From: an uncultured bacterium
GTDB taxonomy: Bacteria > Chlamydiota > Chlamydiia > Chlamydiales > SM23-39
Reading direction: 5' to 3'
NCBI GenBank assembly: GCA_964424735.1
Contig: CAYRJU010000006.1
Span: 2,158 to 66,157, forward strand
Length of the DNA: 64,000 nt
The notes beneath the pieces were generated by a model. The model was not told the origin of the DNA and did no database searches. It saw nothing but the letters and a program-made list of their open reading frames with translations. Positions 9,613 through 18,716 of the stretch are shown here, in pieces. The translations under genes and the position numbers were made by a program. Numbering within the stretch: position 1 is the stretch's first letter; each line of letters opens with the position of its first letter.

Positions 9613-10206
9613 ATGAGAAAGTTCATCTATTTTTTACTGCTAGCAACGTCTACTTTTGCCCAAGAAAGAGTAGTTGAGCCTATTTCTCAGGAAACGGAAA
9701 GTCAAGAGCTACGGGCAAATGGTGAGCAGATCGTAAAGATAGATCCTTCCCATGTTTTGTCTTCTCAGAGAGAAACTCTGATCGATATAGGTTTTTACGG
9801 AGCTGTAAATGCTGGGATATTTCAGAGTATCTTACCGAGCTTGGGAACGAGCATCCGAACTCAAAAGGGAGCGAACGGTATGGAATTGGATTTTAGTATC
9901 CTCCCATACAATTGGAGCGATTTGAATGCAGGTCTCAGCTACAAAATCGATTTTTCCTATCTCTATCATTTTAAGAGTAAGCGTTCCGGTGTTTATTTAG
10001 GAGGAGGCCCTGGCTTCATCACCAATAGTCATATATTTCGCCCTTTGGCCGTTACGTGGGTAGGCTATCAGTTTTCTTCTCCACTCCCTAAAGAACGAAG
10101 AATTCATGCTTTTGTGGATGGAGGAATGACAGCGATTCTCGAAAGAGATAGAGAAGTGATTGTTTTGGTCCCCACAGTGCGCGGTGGAGCCGGTTTCAGC
10201 TTCTAA
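9613..10206 (+). CDS. Small beta-barrel outer-membrane protein (putative)
   Basis: Signal peptide 'MRKFIYFLLLATSTFAQE'. Gly/aromatic-rich alternating segments. The C-terminus '...GGAGFSF' ends in Phe, as in OMP beta-barrels. Confidence 0.55.
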   Translation: MRKFIYFLLLATSTFAQERVVEPISQETESQELRANGEQIVKIDPSHVLSSQRETLIDIGFYGAVNAGIFQSILPSLGTSIRTQKGANGMELDFSILPYNWSDLNAGLSYKIDFSYLYHFKSKRSGVYLGGGPGFITNSHIFRPLAVTWVGYQFSSPLPKERRIHAFVDGGMTAILERDREVIVLVPTVRGGAGFSF

Positions 10207-10308
10207 ATTGAGAGTATTGCATGGAGAGGAGCATTCAGAACTTTTGGTTGGACAAAATTATCCCATCTGCACCATCCTATAACAAAAAATCTATCGTAGA
10301 ACATCACT

Positions 10309-10725
10309 ATGACACGACTCTTAACCCTGTTTCTGATTTTTTGTTCAACCATGCAGCTAATTGCTGAGCTTCTCCCTATTGTCCCTTACGAGCCAGATAT
10401 CGTTCGATTGACCGGCACCTTGCGCGAAAGCGTCTGTCCCGGCCCTCCTGAATACGAAAACATAGAAAACGGCGACTTGCCAGAACATATTTATGTATTG
10501 GTTCTCGATTCCCCCATCCATGTAGAAGATATTCCTCCCAAAGAAAATAGCTGGAATGAACCCGAAGACAATGTTTTAGAAATTCAAGTAGCAGCCCACC
10601 CAAAAGACGCGCAACATCTTATACACGAACACGTTGCAATTTCAGGCACACTATTTCATGCTCATACAGGGCATCATCGCACAGAAGTTGTTATGCTCGA
10701 CAACCGAATAGAGCATTTAAAATAA
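10309..10725 (+). CDS. Secreted hypothetical protein (DUF4431-like pattern)
   Basis: Signal peptide 'MTRLLTLFLIFCSTMQLIA'. The 'LTGTL...' and 'ISGTLFHAHTGHHRTEVVM' blocks recall DUF4431. This is a memory-based family call. Confidence 0.45.
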   Translation: MTRLLTLFLIFCSTMQLIAELLPIVPYEPDIVRLTGTLRESVCPGPPEYENIENGDLPEHIYVLVLDSPIHVEDIPPKENSWNEPEDNVLEIQVAAHPKDAQHLIHEHVAISGTLFHAHTGHHRTEVVMLDNRIEHLK

Positions 10726-10784
10726 TTATATTAGTTTAAAATAATAGCAAAAACCATAAAATCAATATAAAAAAACGAGATTTT

Positions 10785-11546
10785 ATGACTGGCGCACAAT
10801 ATATCTGGATCAAAGCTAACGGGAATCCGGATCGTTCCATAACTTATCACGACAAAGACGGAAATAGCTTGATTCGCTATCTCGACCTAAAAGCGAAAAA
10901 TCCTCCGAGAGGCACTAAATCTTGGCGACATCAAAATCCAGGTAACGTCACCCATGGCGACTTTTCTAAACGTCATGGAGAAATTGGCTTTGCCTGTTAT
11001 CCACATCCCGACGATCCAAAGAAAAAACTTTGCTTCGCTATTTTCCCTGATTATGAAACTGGAAGAAAAGCCTTTGCGGCCCTATTAAAAACAGAAAGAT
11101 ATATTGATATTACTTTAAACCAATTTCCTCGCACTTATACTGGCATTCTCAAAGACGCTCTGCCCGATACCAAAGAAGTCATTGAGTATAGAAAAAATCT
11201 TCGCATTATTTCAAAATTCGACATGGAACGTAAAATCCGCTCTTTCAAAGGAGAGGAATATGAAAAGCTACTCGATGCCATTCAACGTTGCGAAGGCTGG
11301 TTCCCCGGCGACGAATCGTTTGAACCTGCAAAAGATCAGGTAGTTGGCGTAAAATTTCTAAAACACAAAGCAACGGAATTCTTAGTTCAATCAGCAGATG
11401 GTGCGAAAAAGTGGCTTACCCGAGCGCAAGCCATCGCGAGGGCAGAGACTCATAAACTCTTCGCAGTTGTAGTTCACGGACAGCATGGCATCTACCTACG
11501 CCCTTATCCACATCACCCCCGTTTCCATGATATAACTGTTCGCTAG
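10785..11546 (+). CDS. Hypothetical protein: N-terminal 'WRHQNPGN' motif domain plus DUF3892-like C-terminus
   Basis: 253 aa, preceded by a very AT-rich spacer. It contains 'SWRHQNPGNV...FAIFPDYETGRKAFAALLK'. The C-terminal 'WLTRAQAIARAE..LFAVVVHGQHGIYLRPY' resembles the DUF3892 pattern (inference). Confidence 0.4.
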   Translation: MTGAQYIWIKANGNPDRSITYHDKDGNSLIRYLDLKAKNPPRGTKSWRHQNPGNVTHGDFSKRHGEIGFACYPHPDDPKKKLCFAIFPDYETGRKAFAALLKTERYIDITLNQFPRTYTGILKDALPDTKEVIEYRKNLRIISKFDMERKIRSFKGEEYEKLLDAIQRCEGWFPGDESFEPAKDQVVGVKFLKHKATEFLVQSADGAKKWLTRAQAIARAETHKLFAVVVHGQHGIYLRPYPHHPRFHDITVR

Positions 11547-12622
11547 GATTGCGTAGGAGAAAGTTCTCGGGATTCTTTTTCGACTAATATCTTGTGGGTC
11601 TCTAGTGCATGTTTAATGTGTTTATCAAAATCTGACTCGAACAGATGGTCCTGTGCAATTCGATACTTTTCAAATTCACTTTCAGCGAAAGCCTTTGCCA
11701 CTTCCTTGCTCACCTTTCCTGGATTATTGAGAATATCCCTTTCATTAAACTGAAGAAAAGCATTTAGCTTTTCAGCCCAATCTTTCATGGTCATAGGAAT
11801 GTTTCGCAAAGCTCTATCTTCGGCGTAATCGAGATACATGGTTACAAACCGATCGAGCGATTTCAATTCCACTTCGGTCAGATAGTTTTTTGCAATGGTG
11901 ACGTCCGGTTTTAGGATTTTTCCATCTGGGGCATTTTTCCATGTGGTCAACCCCATTCTCTCTTTTTTACTATCTGCCCGCTCAACAATCAATTCAGCAG
12001 CGGTATGGCCGTGAATAGCAAAGTGAAGTTTATTTTGCACTTCTGCAAAAAAACTTTGCGTAACTTCGGCTTTGGGATCGTAATCCATGGCTGTGGCATA
12101 GATGTCTGCGATCTTTTGGTAAAACCTCCGCTCACTTGCCCGAATTTCTCGGATTTCTTCCAGCAGATAATCGAAATACGCTTTGTTGAAGAATGAGCCG
12201 TTTTTCAAACGCTCTTTGTCAAGCACATAACCACGAAGGGCAAAGTCCTTTAAGATACTCACAGCCCATTGTCTAAATTGGATGGCTCGAAGAGAATTAA
12301 CCCGAAAGCCGACAGCAATGATGGCATCGAGGTTATAAAACTCAATGCTTCTAGAAACCTCGCGGGTGCCTTCCTTTTGAACTATCCGGAAATTCCGGAC
12401 AGTTGTATCTTTGAGTATCTCTTTCTGGTCAAACAGGTTGAGTAAATGCTCATTGATGGTTTTAACTGAGACTTCAAATAATGCCCCCATCAACTTCTGT
12501 GTGAGCCAGACCGATTCCTCGGCTACCCGAACTTCAATGCTGTTTTCACCAGACTGTCCAGTAAAGATCAAAAATTCAGCAGTGCTATTGCGAATATTGG
12601 CTTTTTTTTCTTGTTCACCCAT
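11543..12622 (-). CDS. rhuM: RhuM-family virulence/Fic-associated protein
   Basis: 'AEFLIFTGQSGENSIEVRV..ESVWLTQKLMGALFEVSVKTINEHL' and 'FYNLDAIIAVGFRVNS..AIQFRQWA' are typical of the RhuM family. The ATG at 12622 avoids overlap with the upstream gene; the track start is 12655. Confidence 0.8.
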   Translation of the reverse strand: MGEQEKKANIRNSTAEFLIFTGQSGENSIEVRVAEESVWLTQKLMGALFEVSVKTINEHLLNLFDQKEILKDTTVRNFRIVQKEGTREVSRSIEFYNLDAIIAVGFRVNSLRAIQFRQWAVSILKDFALRGYVLDKERLKNGSFFNKAYFDYLLEEIREIRASERRFYQKIADIYATAMDYDPKAEVTQSFFAEVQNKLHFAIHGHTAAELIVERADSKKERMGLTTWKNAPDGKILKPDVTIAKNYLTEVELKSLDRFVTMYLDYAEDRALRNIPMTMKDWAEKLNAFLQFNERDILNNPGKVSKEVAKAFAESEFEKYRIAQDHLFESDFDKHIKHALETHKILVEKESRELSPTQS

Positions 12623-12636
12623 AAGTTCCTGCGATT

Positions 12637-13362
12637 TTAGAAGGCGAGTTCCCACTTCTGCTGCAGTTTTGTTAAGGACTTCTTTTTGCGAAGAGTGGAG
12701 AGGGCCTTATTGAAGGCGTCGAGGCTGCCTTTGGGCCCCACGAGATGGATCCCTCGAGAAGAAAGAGGGGTTGAGGCAATTTTCAATACCCCAGCATAGA
12801 GATCTAAGATGTAATTGACCGCCGGAATCTGATCTAGGAGCGCCGCTTCGATATCCCCCCTTGCCAGCGCGTCCAAAAGTTCTGGGATCGACGGATAGTG
12901 GCGAATGATGATGGATGGGTATTTGGCTAAGATGATCTCAGAAGAATCGTTCGTGAGAATCCCCACCAATTCCGCACCGAGTTGATCCAAAGAGCTCTTA
13001 TTCGAAGAATCAGAGACAATCAAAACCGGACCTAAATCGAGAAAATTTTCCGAAAAATCAAATTTTGCCAAGTGGTATTCATAGGGAGGAAGAGTCGTTA
13101 GAACTGCGTCGTACTTTCCATTTTGCATGCCGTCAAAGAGATTGTCGCTACTTGCCCGAATCAGCTCAAATCGCATCCCAGAGCTGCGAGCCATTTCTAA
13201 GAGAAAATCCTCCGTAAACCCATTGACATACGAAGTTTGGGGTCCAAAATCTTTCGGGTACCAATTGGGATCGACCCCAATGCGAAGCCTCGCGCGATCA
13301 AAGCTTCCAGAAGTACAGCCAAAGAAAATAAAAGCGAAGAGAATGGATCGCAAGAAATGCAT
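12637..13362 (-). CDS. Amino-acid ABC transporter substrate-binding lipoprotein (SBP family 3, ArtJ-like)
   Basis: Lipobox 'FIFFGCTS'. 'LRIGVDPNWYPKDF', 'GKYDAVLTTL' and 'ALARGDIEAALLD' fit the polar amino-acid SBP fold. Confidence 0.8.
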   Translation of the reverse strand: MHFLRSILFAFIFFGCTSGSFDRARLRIGVDPNWYPKDFGPQTSYVNGFTEDFLLEMARSSGMRFELIRASSDNLFDGMQNGKYDAVLTTLPPYEYHLAKFDFSENFLDLGPVLIVSDSSNKSSLDQLGAELVGILTNDSSEIILAKYPSIIIRHYPSIPELLDALARGDIEAALLDQIPAVNYILDLYAGVLKIASTPLSSRGIHLVGPKGSLDAFNKALSTLRKKKSLTKLQQKWELAF

Positions 13363-13401
13363 ATCTTTGCTTAATATATCGAATAGGGTCAGTTTCTTAC
13401 T

Positions 13402-14358
13402 ATGAAAAACTATCTACTCGTCAATTTTGGCGGTCCGAGAGATCTGGACGAAATCCCCTCCTTTTTAACGGAATTACTCTGCGACAAAGATGTCGTTCGC
13501 ACCCCCTTTCCTTCTTTCCTTCACAACTTCCTCTTTCGCCGCGTGGCTAAGAAAAGGGCGCTGAAAGTGCGGGAGGATTATCTCGAAATTGGCGGAAAAT
13601 CTCCCATTTATTTTGACACGGAGGCCATCCGAGAAACTCTTTCTCAAAAATTGCAAGCCCCTGTGGTGAGTTTCCACCGCTATCTAATCGCAACCCATGA
13701 AGCAACCCGTAGAGAGCTCGAGAAGGAAAAGGAGTGGATTGTCCTCCCCCTCTTCCCGCAATTCTGCTATGCCACGACCGGCAGCATCGCCCGCTTTTTT
13801 GGCCCTTCTTCAACCCTCAGGTGGATCAAATCGTACGCTCGCTCGCCAGCCTATATCGCCTCTTTTCAAAGACGCATTCGAGATTACCTTCTCGAACGAA
13901 AAATTGTTGAAGAGGAAGCCATTCTCCTCTTTTCAGCTCATGGCGTCCCCAAACAATTTGTGGAGGAAGGAGATCCTTATGAAGTGGAATGCAATCACTC
14001 ATTTAAGGCCATTTTAGAGGCATTTCCGAAAGCACTTGGGCGCCTTTGTTATCAATCTAAATTCGGCAAAGGGGAATGGCTAAGACCTTACACCGATGAA
14101 GCCTGCAGGGACATTCTCCAGTGGCATGAAGGGAGAAAACACATCGTCTTCATCCCCTTGAGTTTCACTTCAGATCATATTGAAACTCTCTTTGAAATTG
14201 AAAAACTCTACCTACCTCTCATCGAGCAAAACGGGTTGAAAGCCTATCGATGCCCCGCTCTCAATCTCGAACCCTATTGGATCGATGCCCTTGCCGAGAT
14301 CGCGAGGGGCTCAGAGCTCCACACCAATGACACCTTGATCCGCCGAAATTTTTCTTGA
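13402..14358 (+). CDS. hemH: Ferrochelatase
   Basis: 'LLVNFGGPRDLDEIPSFLTELL', 'LPLFPQFCYATTGS' and 'SAHGVP' are present. 318 aa. Confidence 0.9.
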   Translation: MKNYLLVNFGGPRDLDEIPSFLTELLCDKDVVRTPFPSFLHNFLFRRVAKKRALKVREDYLEIGGKSPIYFDTEAIRETLSQKLQAPVVSFHRYLIATHEATRRELEKEKEWIVLPLFPQFCYATTGSIARFFGPSSTLRWIKSYARSPAYIASFQRRIRDYLLERKIVEEEAILLFSAHGVPKQFVEEGDPYEVECNHSFKAILEAFPKALGRLCYQSKFGKGEWLRPYTDEACRDILQWHEGRKHIVFIPLSFTSDHIETLFEIEKLYLPLIEQNGLKAYRCPALNLEPYWIDALAEIARGSELHTNDTLIRRNFS

Positions 14359-14423
14359 TCTCGTTGCCCCTTCAATCTAGAATGTTTAACTTGGTCCAAG
14401 CGTTTTTTTGTGAGGAATTGAAT

Positions 14424-14918
14424 ATGGCGGCAGAACAAGCGCCCATTCACGTTGGGCTTGTCGAACAAGAGGCTCTAGAGATCATCGATCTCATCGAAAG
14501 TTATGTGTTTTTTAAAGACTTTGCCTATTGGATCACGGATGGAAAATGCAAACCCATTCTCCTCAAAGACAAAATAGAGGATGGTGTCTACAAGCGAACC
14601 CTTCAATACCAATTTGAAGAAATGACCTTTCTCAATGGAAAAATAGAAACCTATGTCACCCACTTAGATCCAGAAGGTTATCAAGCCGTTACGGACACTC
14701 TGGGCAAGACGCATACAAATTCGGCAGCTTATCAAAAGTTTGAAAAACGGAGTCTTTCTAAACTCGTTGCAGAACCCTATTATACGAAGATCTGTCAAAT
14801 CTATTATAAGGGAAAAGCTGTTGGAATGAGCTGGGAAATTTTTCATCTCAATTATCTCAAGCAAATTTACGCCAAAAAGTGCGACCCCTTACGTTTTTGG
14901 AGAAATCAAAGAGCATGA
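14424..14918 (+). CDS. Hypothetical protein, tandem paralog A
   Basis: I chose the ATG at 14424 because 'gaggaa' lies 8 nt upstream; the track start at 14355 is TTG. It shares 'E(A)LE(L)IDLI(I)ES(QS)' and the C-terminal 'GK..G..W(E/D)I(F/Y)..(N/H)(Y/L)L..(I/L)YA(K)K' pattern with the next ORF. Confidence 0.5.
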   Translation: MAAEQAPIHVGLVEQEALEIIDLIESYVFFKDFAYWITDGKCKPILLKDKIEDGVYKRTLQYQFEEMTFLNGKIETYVTHLDPEGYQAVTDTLGKTHTNSAAYQKFEKRSLSKLVAEPYYTKICQIYYKGKAVGMSWEIFHLNYLKQIYAKKCDPLRFWRNQRA

Positions 14919-15367
14919 TCGTTGAATTTCAAAGAAAACATTCCTTAGCCGCTGAGCTCATCGACATCATTCAGTCCTTTCCAAATAGCGCACGCTTCTG
15001 CCAGTGGATTGGAGGAGCCGATTTTAAAATCCATATCCTTTCCGAAAAAGTGGTTCTTGGGAATTTCGAAATTATAGCCGAGTGCTATATCAATGATCTG
15101 AAAGTCTGTTTAGGAGGGGCAGAAGTCTCTTTAGCTCACATAGAGCAAACGTTGAGAGACCTACTCGAAAATAAGCGGCAAAATTTCATGGCAGAATTGC
15201 TCAAGCTCAGAAAAGAGAGAGTTTCTACATGCCTCTTAAGCAAGAACTATACAACTCTATCCGATGTCTATTCTTCTCTAGGAAAATGCGGAAGCTGCTG
15301 GGATATTTACGACATGGCGCATCTATCTAATCTCTATAAAGCCAAAGGACTAAAAAGTCCTTGTTGA
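14915..15367 (+). CDS. Hypothetical protein, tandem paralog B
   Basis: The ATG at 14915 overlaps the stop of paralog A (ATGA). The C-terminal 'GKCGSCWDIYDMAHLSNLYKAKG' parallels 'GKAVGMSWEIFHLNYLKQIYAKK'. Confidence 0.5.
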   Translation: MIVEFQRKHSLAAELIDIIQSFPNSARFCQWIGGADFKIHILSEKVVLGNFEIIAECYINDLKVCLGGAEVSLAHIEQTLRDLLENKRQNFMAELLKLRKERVSTCLLSKNYTTLSDVYSSLGKCGSCWDIYDMAHLSNLYKAKGLKSPC

Positions 15368-15377
15368 GCCTATCCAA

Positions 15378-16421
15378 ATGAAAAATATCCTCTTAAAAAA
15401 TCTCGTTCGATTAGCCCGGTATTTCATTCCGAAACACCCGCAAAAAAACCACATTCTCGTCGTCGCTACAACAGCTCTTGGAGATACGCTTTGGGCCACT
15501 CCCGCAATTGAATCGATTCGGACCCATTTTCCCCACTGTTATCTCGCCGTTTTGACCTCTCCGATCGGCATGCAGGTGCTCAAAAATAACCCGCATATCG
15601 ATAAGCTCTTTCTCTTAAAAGAGCCCGTTTCCAAACATTTTTTTTCTCTTTGGAAAGAGCTCTATCAAGAACAATTCGATACGGTGCTCCTCTTTCACGC
15701 CTCGCAAAGACTCACCCTTCCCCTCTCAGCACTTCTCGGTGCGAGTCGTCTCATTGGGACTGCCGGCATCAACAAAGGGCTCGACTGTCTTCTCACACAC
15801 CCTCTTCCCAATCAAGCGCAGCACGAAATTGTCCGTAGACTCAAAATCATCGAAACGATCGGAATCAAACCCACTACCCAAAAACTCTCGATTTTTATCA
15901 ATGAAACATTACCGCCTCGATCGGAAGGGCCCTGGATCGCCCTCCATCCCGGCTCAAAAGACGCCTTTAGGCGTTGGCCCAAGGAAAAATTCATCGAGCT
16001 CGGCAAACGACTTAAAAGGGAACTCGGCTGCGAGATTCTCATTACGGGCACTAAAGAGGAAAAAAGTCTCATGGAAGAAATTGGCTCTCAAATACCAGGA
16101 GCTCATGTCGATCTACCCAATCGAGCTTTTAGAGAATTTGCAGCTCTTCTCAACCAGATGGATCTGCTCATCTCGAATGATACAGGCCCTGTTCATCTAG
16201 CCTGCGCGCTAGATAAACCGGTCGTCGCGATCTATGCCTCTACCGATCCAGCGCTTTGCGGCCCACACACAGCTAAAAAAGCCAAAGTCATTTCCCGAAG
16301 AGCTACCTGTGATCCCTGTCTAAAGCGCAAATGCCACCAACCCTTTTGCTTTTTGCAAATCGGAGTGGACGAAGTCTTTCAGGCCGCCCGCTCTTTGATC
16401 ATCAAAGATGGATCACACTGA
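15378..16421 (+). CDS. Glycosyltransferase family 9 (LPS heptosyltransferase-like)
   Basis: 'ILVVATTALGDTLWATPAIESIR', 'RWPKEKFIELGKRL' and 'ISNDTGPVHLACALDKPVVAIY' are GT9 hallmarks. Confidence 0.85.
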   Translation: MKNILLKNLVRLARYFIPKHPQKNHILVVATTALGDTLWATPAIESIRTHFPHCYLAVLTSPIGMQVLKNNPHIDKLFLLKEPVSKHFFSLWKELYQEQFDTVLLFHASQRLTLPLSALLGASRLIGTAGINKGLDCLLTHPLPNQAQHEIVRRLKIIETIGIKPTTQKLSIFINETLPPRSEGPWIALHPGSKDAFRRWPKEKFIELGKRLKRELGCEILITGTKEEKSLMEEIGSQIPGAHVDLPNRAFREFAALLNQMDLLISNDTGPVHLACALDKPVVAIYASTDPALCGPHTAKKAKVISRRATCDPCLKRKCHQPFCFLQIGVDEVFQAARSLIIKDGSH

Positions 16422-17466
16422 AAATACCCTCGTGATCGGAGAGCGCCTCTTGACGGTATTCGGAGGCCAGATAACCGGTTTCTACGAGAGTGCTCGTGAT
16501 TTTTTGGGCAGTTCCTTGCCAGAGGAGAGTATAGTCCAAATTCAAAGGAGGTGATTCTGGTTTTCCCACGAGATGCGCGCAAAAAGCATCTCCTCCCCAG
16601 CTTTTTCCAGTAAGGGATCCATCCTTGACAAAGCGAGATTGCCATCCCGAACTCTGATACTCTCTCTTCTCGAGATTGAGATCGCCTGTTAGGATGAGGC
16701 ATCGATCTCTCACCTTTTCCATTTTCTCAAGGACGATCTGCATCTGTTGATGCCTTGCTCTTTCCTCTTCTTCTGTCGGAGAGGTGGGAATTTCTGAGTG
16801 CTGCAAATGGGTCGAAAAAACGCGGGCAAAGGATTGGGAGCCCCCACATAGATCAAAACTCAACACTCCTTTTTGGCACCATTTCGTCCTTCCGACGAGC
16901 GTTTCTTGTGGGAAAGGATCAAAGGCAATCTGATCGATCTCGTATTTGCTCGCGACCATCATCCCCGAAGAAACTCCAAAACCCTGAGGTCCGACGTTAT
17001 AGACAAAATGAGTGTAGCCTGCCTGTTTGAGCCTTTCTTTGAGATAAAGGGCAGCTTTTAAATCAAAGAGTTCATAAAGGCAATTGACATCCGCCTTTTT
17101 TTCGATGATTTTTTGGGCAATCTGCTCGATGCGCTCTTTCCAAGGGGTAACGCCACCATCGGTGATTGCGTAACCACCCGCAACACAGCAAACATTCCAG
17201 GAAAAAAGGGTGAACTCTCGAGCCTTTGCAAAACCCTTTCCTATTTTTTCTATCAAAAAGGGATGCGCTTGCATCTGGGATGCCGCCCCCCGCAAAAGTG
17301 CTCCAGGCAGAGTGGTAAAAAGGGCAAGGGAGGCGAAAAAAAATGCCGAGAGCAAAAAAAAGATTTTTCTTGCCACTTGTTCAACGACTTGAGATTGAAT
17401 ATAGGACGCGTGGGCATGGCAAATGGGATCGGTGAGATCAGAGGCGAGATCAAAGAGAATTTCCAT
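16402..17466 (-). CDS. Membrane-anchored endonuclease/exonuclease/phosphatase (EEP) family protein, neutral-sphingomyelinase-like
   Basis: N-terminal hydrophobic segment 'IFFLLSAFFFASLALFTTLPGALL'. EEP blocks present: 'FTLFSWNV', 'ADVNCLYELFD', 'LILTGDLNLE', 'LDYTLL' and 'LSDHEGIFSVI'. Confidence 0.7.
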   Translation of the reverse strand: MEILFDLASDLTDPICHAHASYIQSQVVEQVARKIFFLLSAFFFASLALFTTLPGALLRGAASQMQAHPFLIEKIGKGFAKAREFTLFSWNVCCVAGGYAITDGGVTPWKERIEQIAQKIIEKKADVNCLYELFDLKAALYLKERLKQAGYTHFVYNVGPQGFGVSSGMMVASKYEIDQIAFDPFPQETLVGRTKWCQKGVLSFDLCGGSQSFARVFSTHLQHSEIPTSPTEEEERARHQQMQIVLEKMEKVRDRCLILTGDLNLEKREYQSSGWQSRFVKDGSLTGKSWGGDAFCAHLVGKPESPPLNLDYTLLWQGTAQKITSTLVETGYLASEYRQEALSDHEGIFSVIHL

Positions 17467-17507
17467 AGGGAAAGAGTATATGAACTCTTTCCCCAGGAAA
17501 CAATGGA

Positions 17508-18554
17508 TTAGATTTTTTGAGCGACGATATAGTGACTGGTCGAAACGAGCCTCAACCGATCGGCTTCAATAAAGGCTTCTCCTCCACGACAGAGCCTTTC
17601 GAAAAGAGTATTGAAGTGTTTGGGCAAAAGCTTTGCTCTTACGAGGAGATTGATCAATTTGCCGAGTCTCGTATAGAACTTATCGGCATTCTCGATCAGG
17701 GGCGCTTGCAGGCCATCTATGCTTGCATTTTCATTGATCAGCACTTTAAACCCTGCTTTTTCAAGCGCTTTTACATATTTATCCACCGTGGGATTGCCAA
17801 TGGCGCCAAGGAGCGGTTTGATCTGCTTCATCAAATGGCCGTGATAGGGATTTTTCGAATTGAACGCATCCAAGAGAACCCATTCCAAGCAGGCAAATCT
17901 CCCACCCCGTTTTAAGAGGCGATAGAGCTCTTTAAAAGTCTTATTCAAATCCTTGGAAAGGCTAAATACTTGCACTTCATAGATCGCATCGAATGACTCA
18001 TCGGGGAAAGGATAGGGGGCCTGATTGAGATCCCATTTTTGGAAATGGGTTGTTTGGGAAAGTCCATTTCCCTTCGCAAATTTTTCGGCTGATTCGAGTT
18101 GACCCGTATCGATATTCACCCCGGTGACATGGGCGCTCGTATGAGAGGCAGCGTGACTGGCAATTCGACCTCTCCCACAGCCCACATCCAAAACCCTAGA
18201 TTTTTGGCTCAAAGCTAAATCTTTCCACATTCTCCTCTCAAAAAGGGTCTGATTGCCAATGAGGCTCTTGGAAAGATCGATCGCCGGAGGGATGTACATC
18301 TTTTCCACTTGGCCAATGGCACACAGATGATTGAGGACACTGTAGTAATCGACAAGTTTTTGTTTGACCACTTGAGCATAGTCAAGCCCCATCGCCTGAA
18401 TCATGGCCGCCTCATCGGCCCAATCGTGGTCATAGATGATGTATGAATTTAAAAACGCATCCAATTTCTCTTTGGGTAAAGAATAGAGTTCGCGAAAAGA
18501 CCTCGCGATCGTCTTCAACCGATATCCCCAGAATTGGATCTTTGATGCTAACAT
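17508..18554 (-). CDS. Class I SAM-dependent methyltransferase, sterol C-24 methyltransferase (ERG6/SMT)-like including the C-terminal extension
   Basis: Motif I is 'VLDVGCGRGR'. 'GGRFACLEWVLLDAFNSKNPYHGHL...ALEKAGFKVL' runs parallel to ERG6 '[25 protein letters not shown]...ALKNCGFEVL'. The tail '...LVSTSHYIVAQK' resembles '...LFTPMMLFVARK'. The SMT region I (YEYGWG) is not conserved. Confidence 0.6.
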   Translation of the reverse strand: MLASKIQFWGYRLKTIARSFRELYSLPKEKLDAFLNSYIIYDHDWADEAAMIQAMGLDYAQVVKQKLVDYYSVLNHLCAIGQVEKMYIPPAIDLSKSLIGNQTLFERRMWKDLALSQKSRVLDVGCGRGRIASHAASHTSAHVTGVNIDTGQLESAEKFAKGNGLSQTTHFQKWDLNQAPYPFPDESFDAIYEVQVFSLSKDLNKTFKELYRLLKRGGRFACLEWVLLDAFNSKNPYHGHLMKQIKPLLGAIGNPTVDKYVKALEKAGFKVLINENASIDGLQAPLIENADKFYTRLGKLINLLVRAKLLPKHFNTLFERLCRGGEAFIEADRLRLVSTSHYIVAQKI

Positions 18555-18716
18555 TTCCGACTCCTTTGTTAGGGGACAATTCTATCCCCCCTTTGGTCGA
18601 ATATGTCGAGAGGTCGATTTTTTTTCAAAAAAATATTTGCATGTCGAAAGGATTTTTTAAAAAAACTAATCTTTACTAATTTCTCTATATTCATAATTAA
18701 TGTATAATTAACGGAA

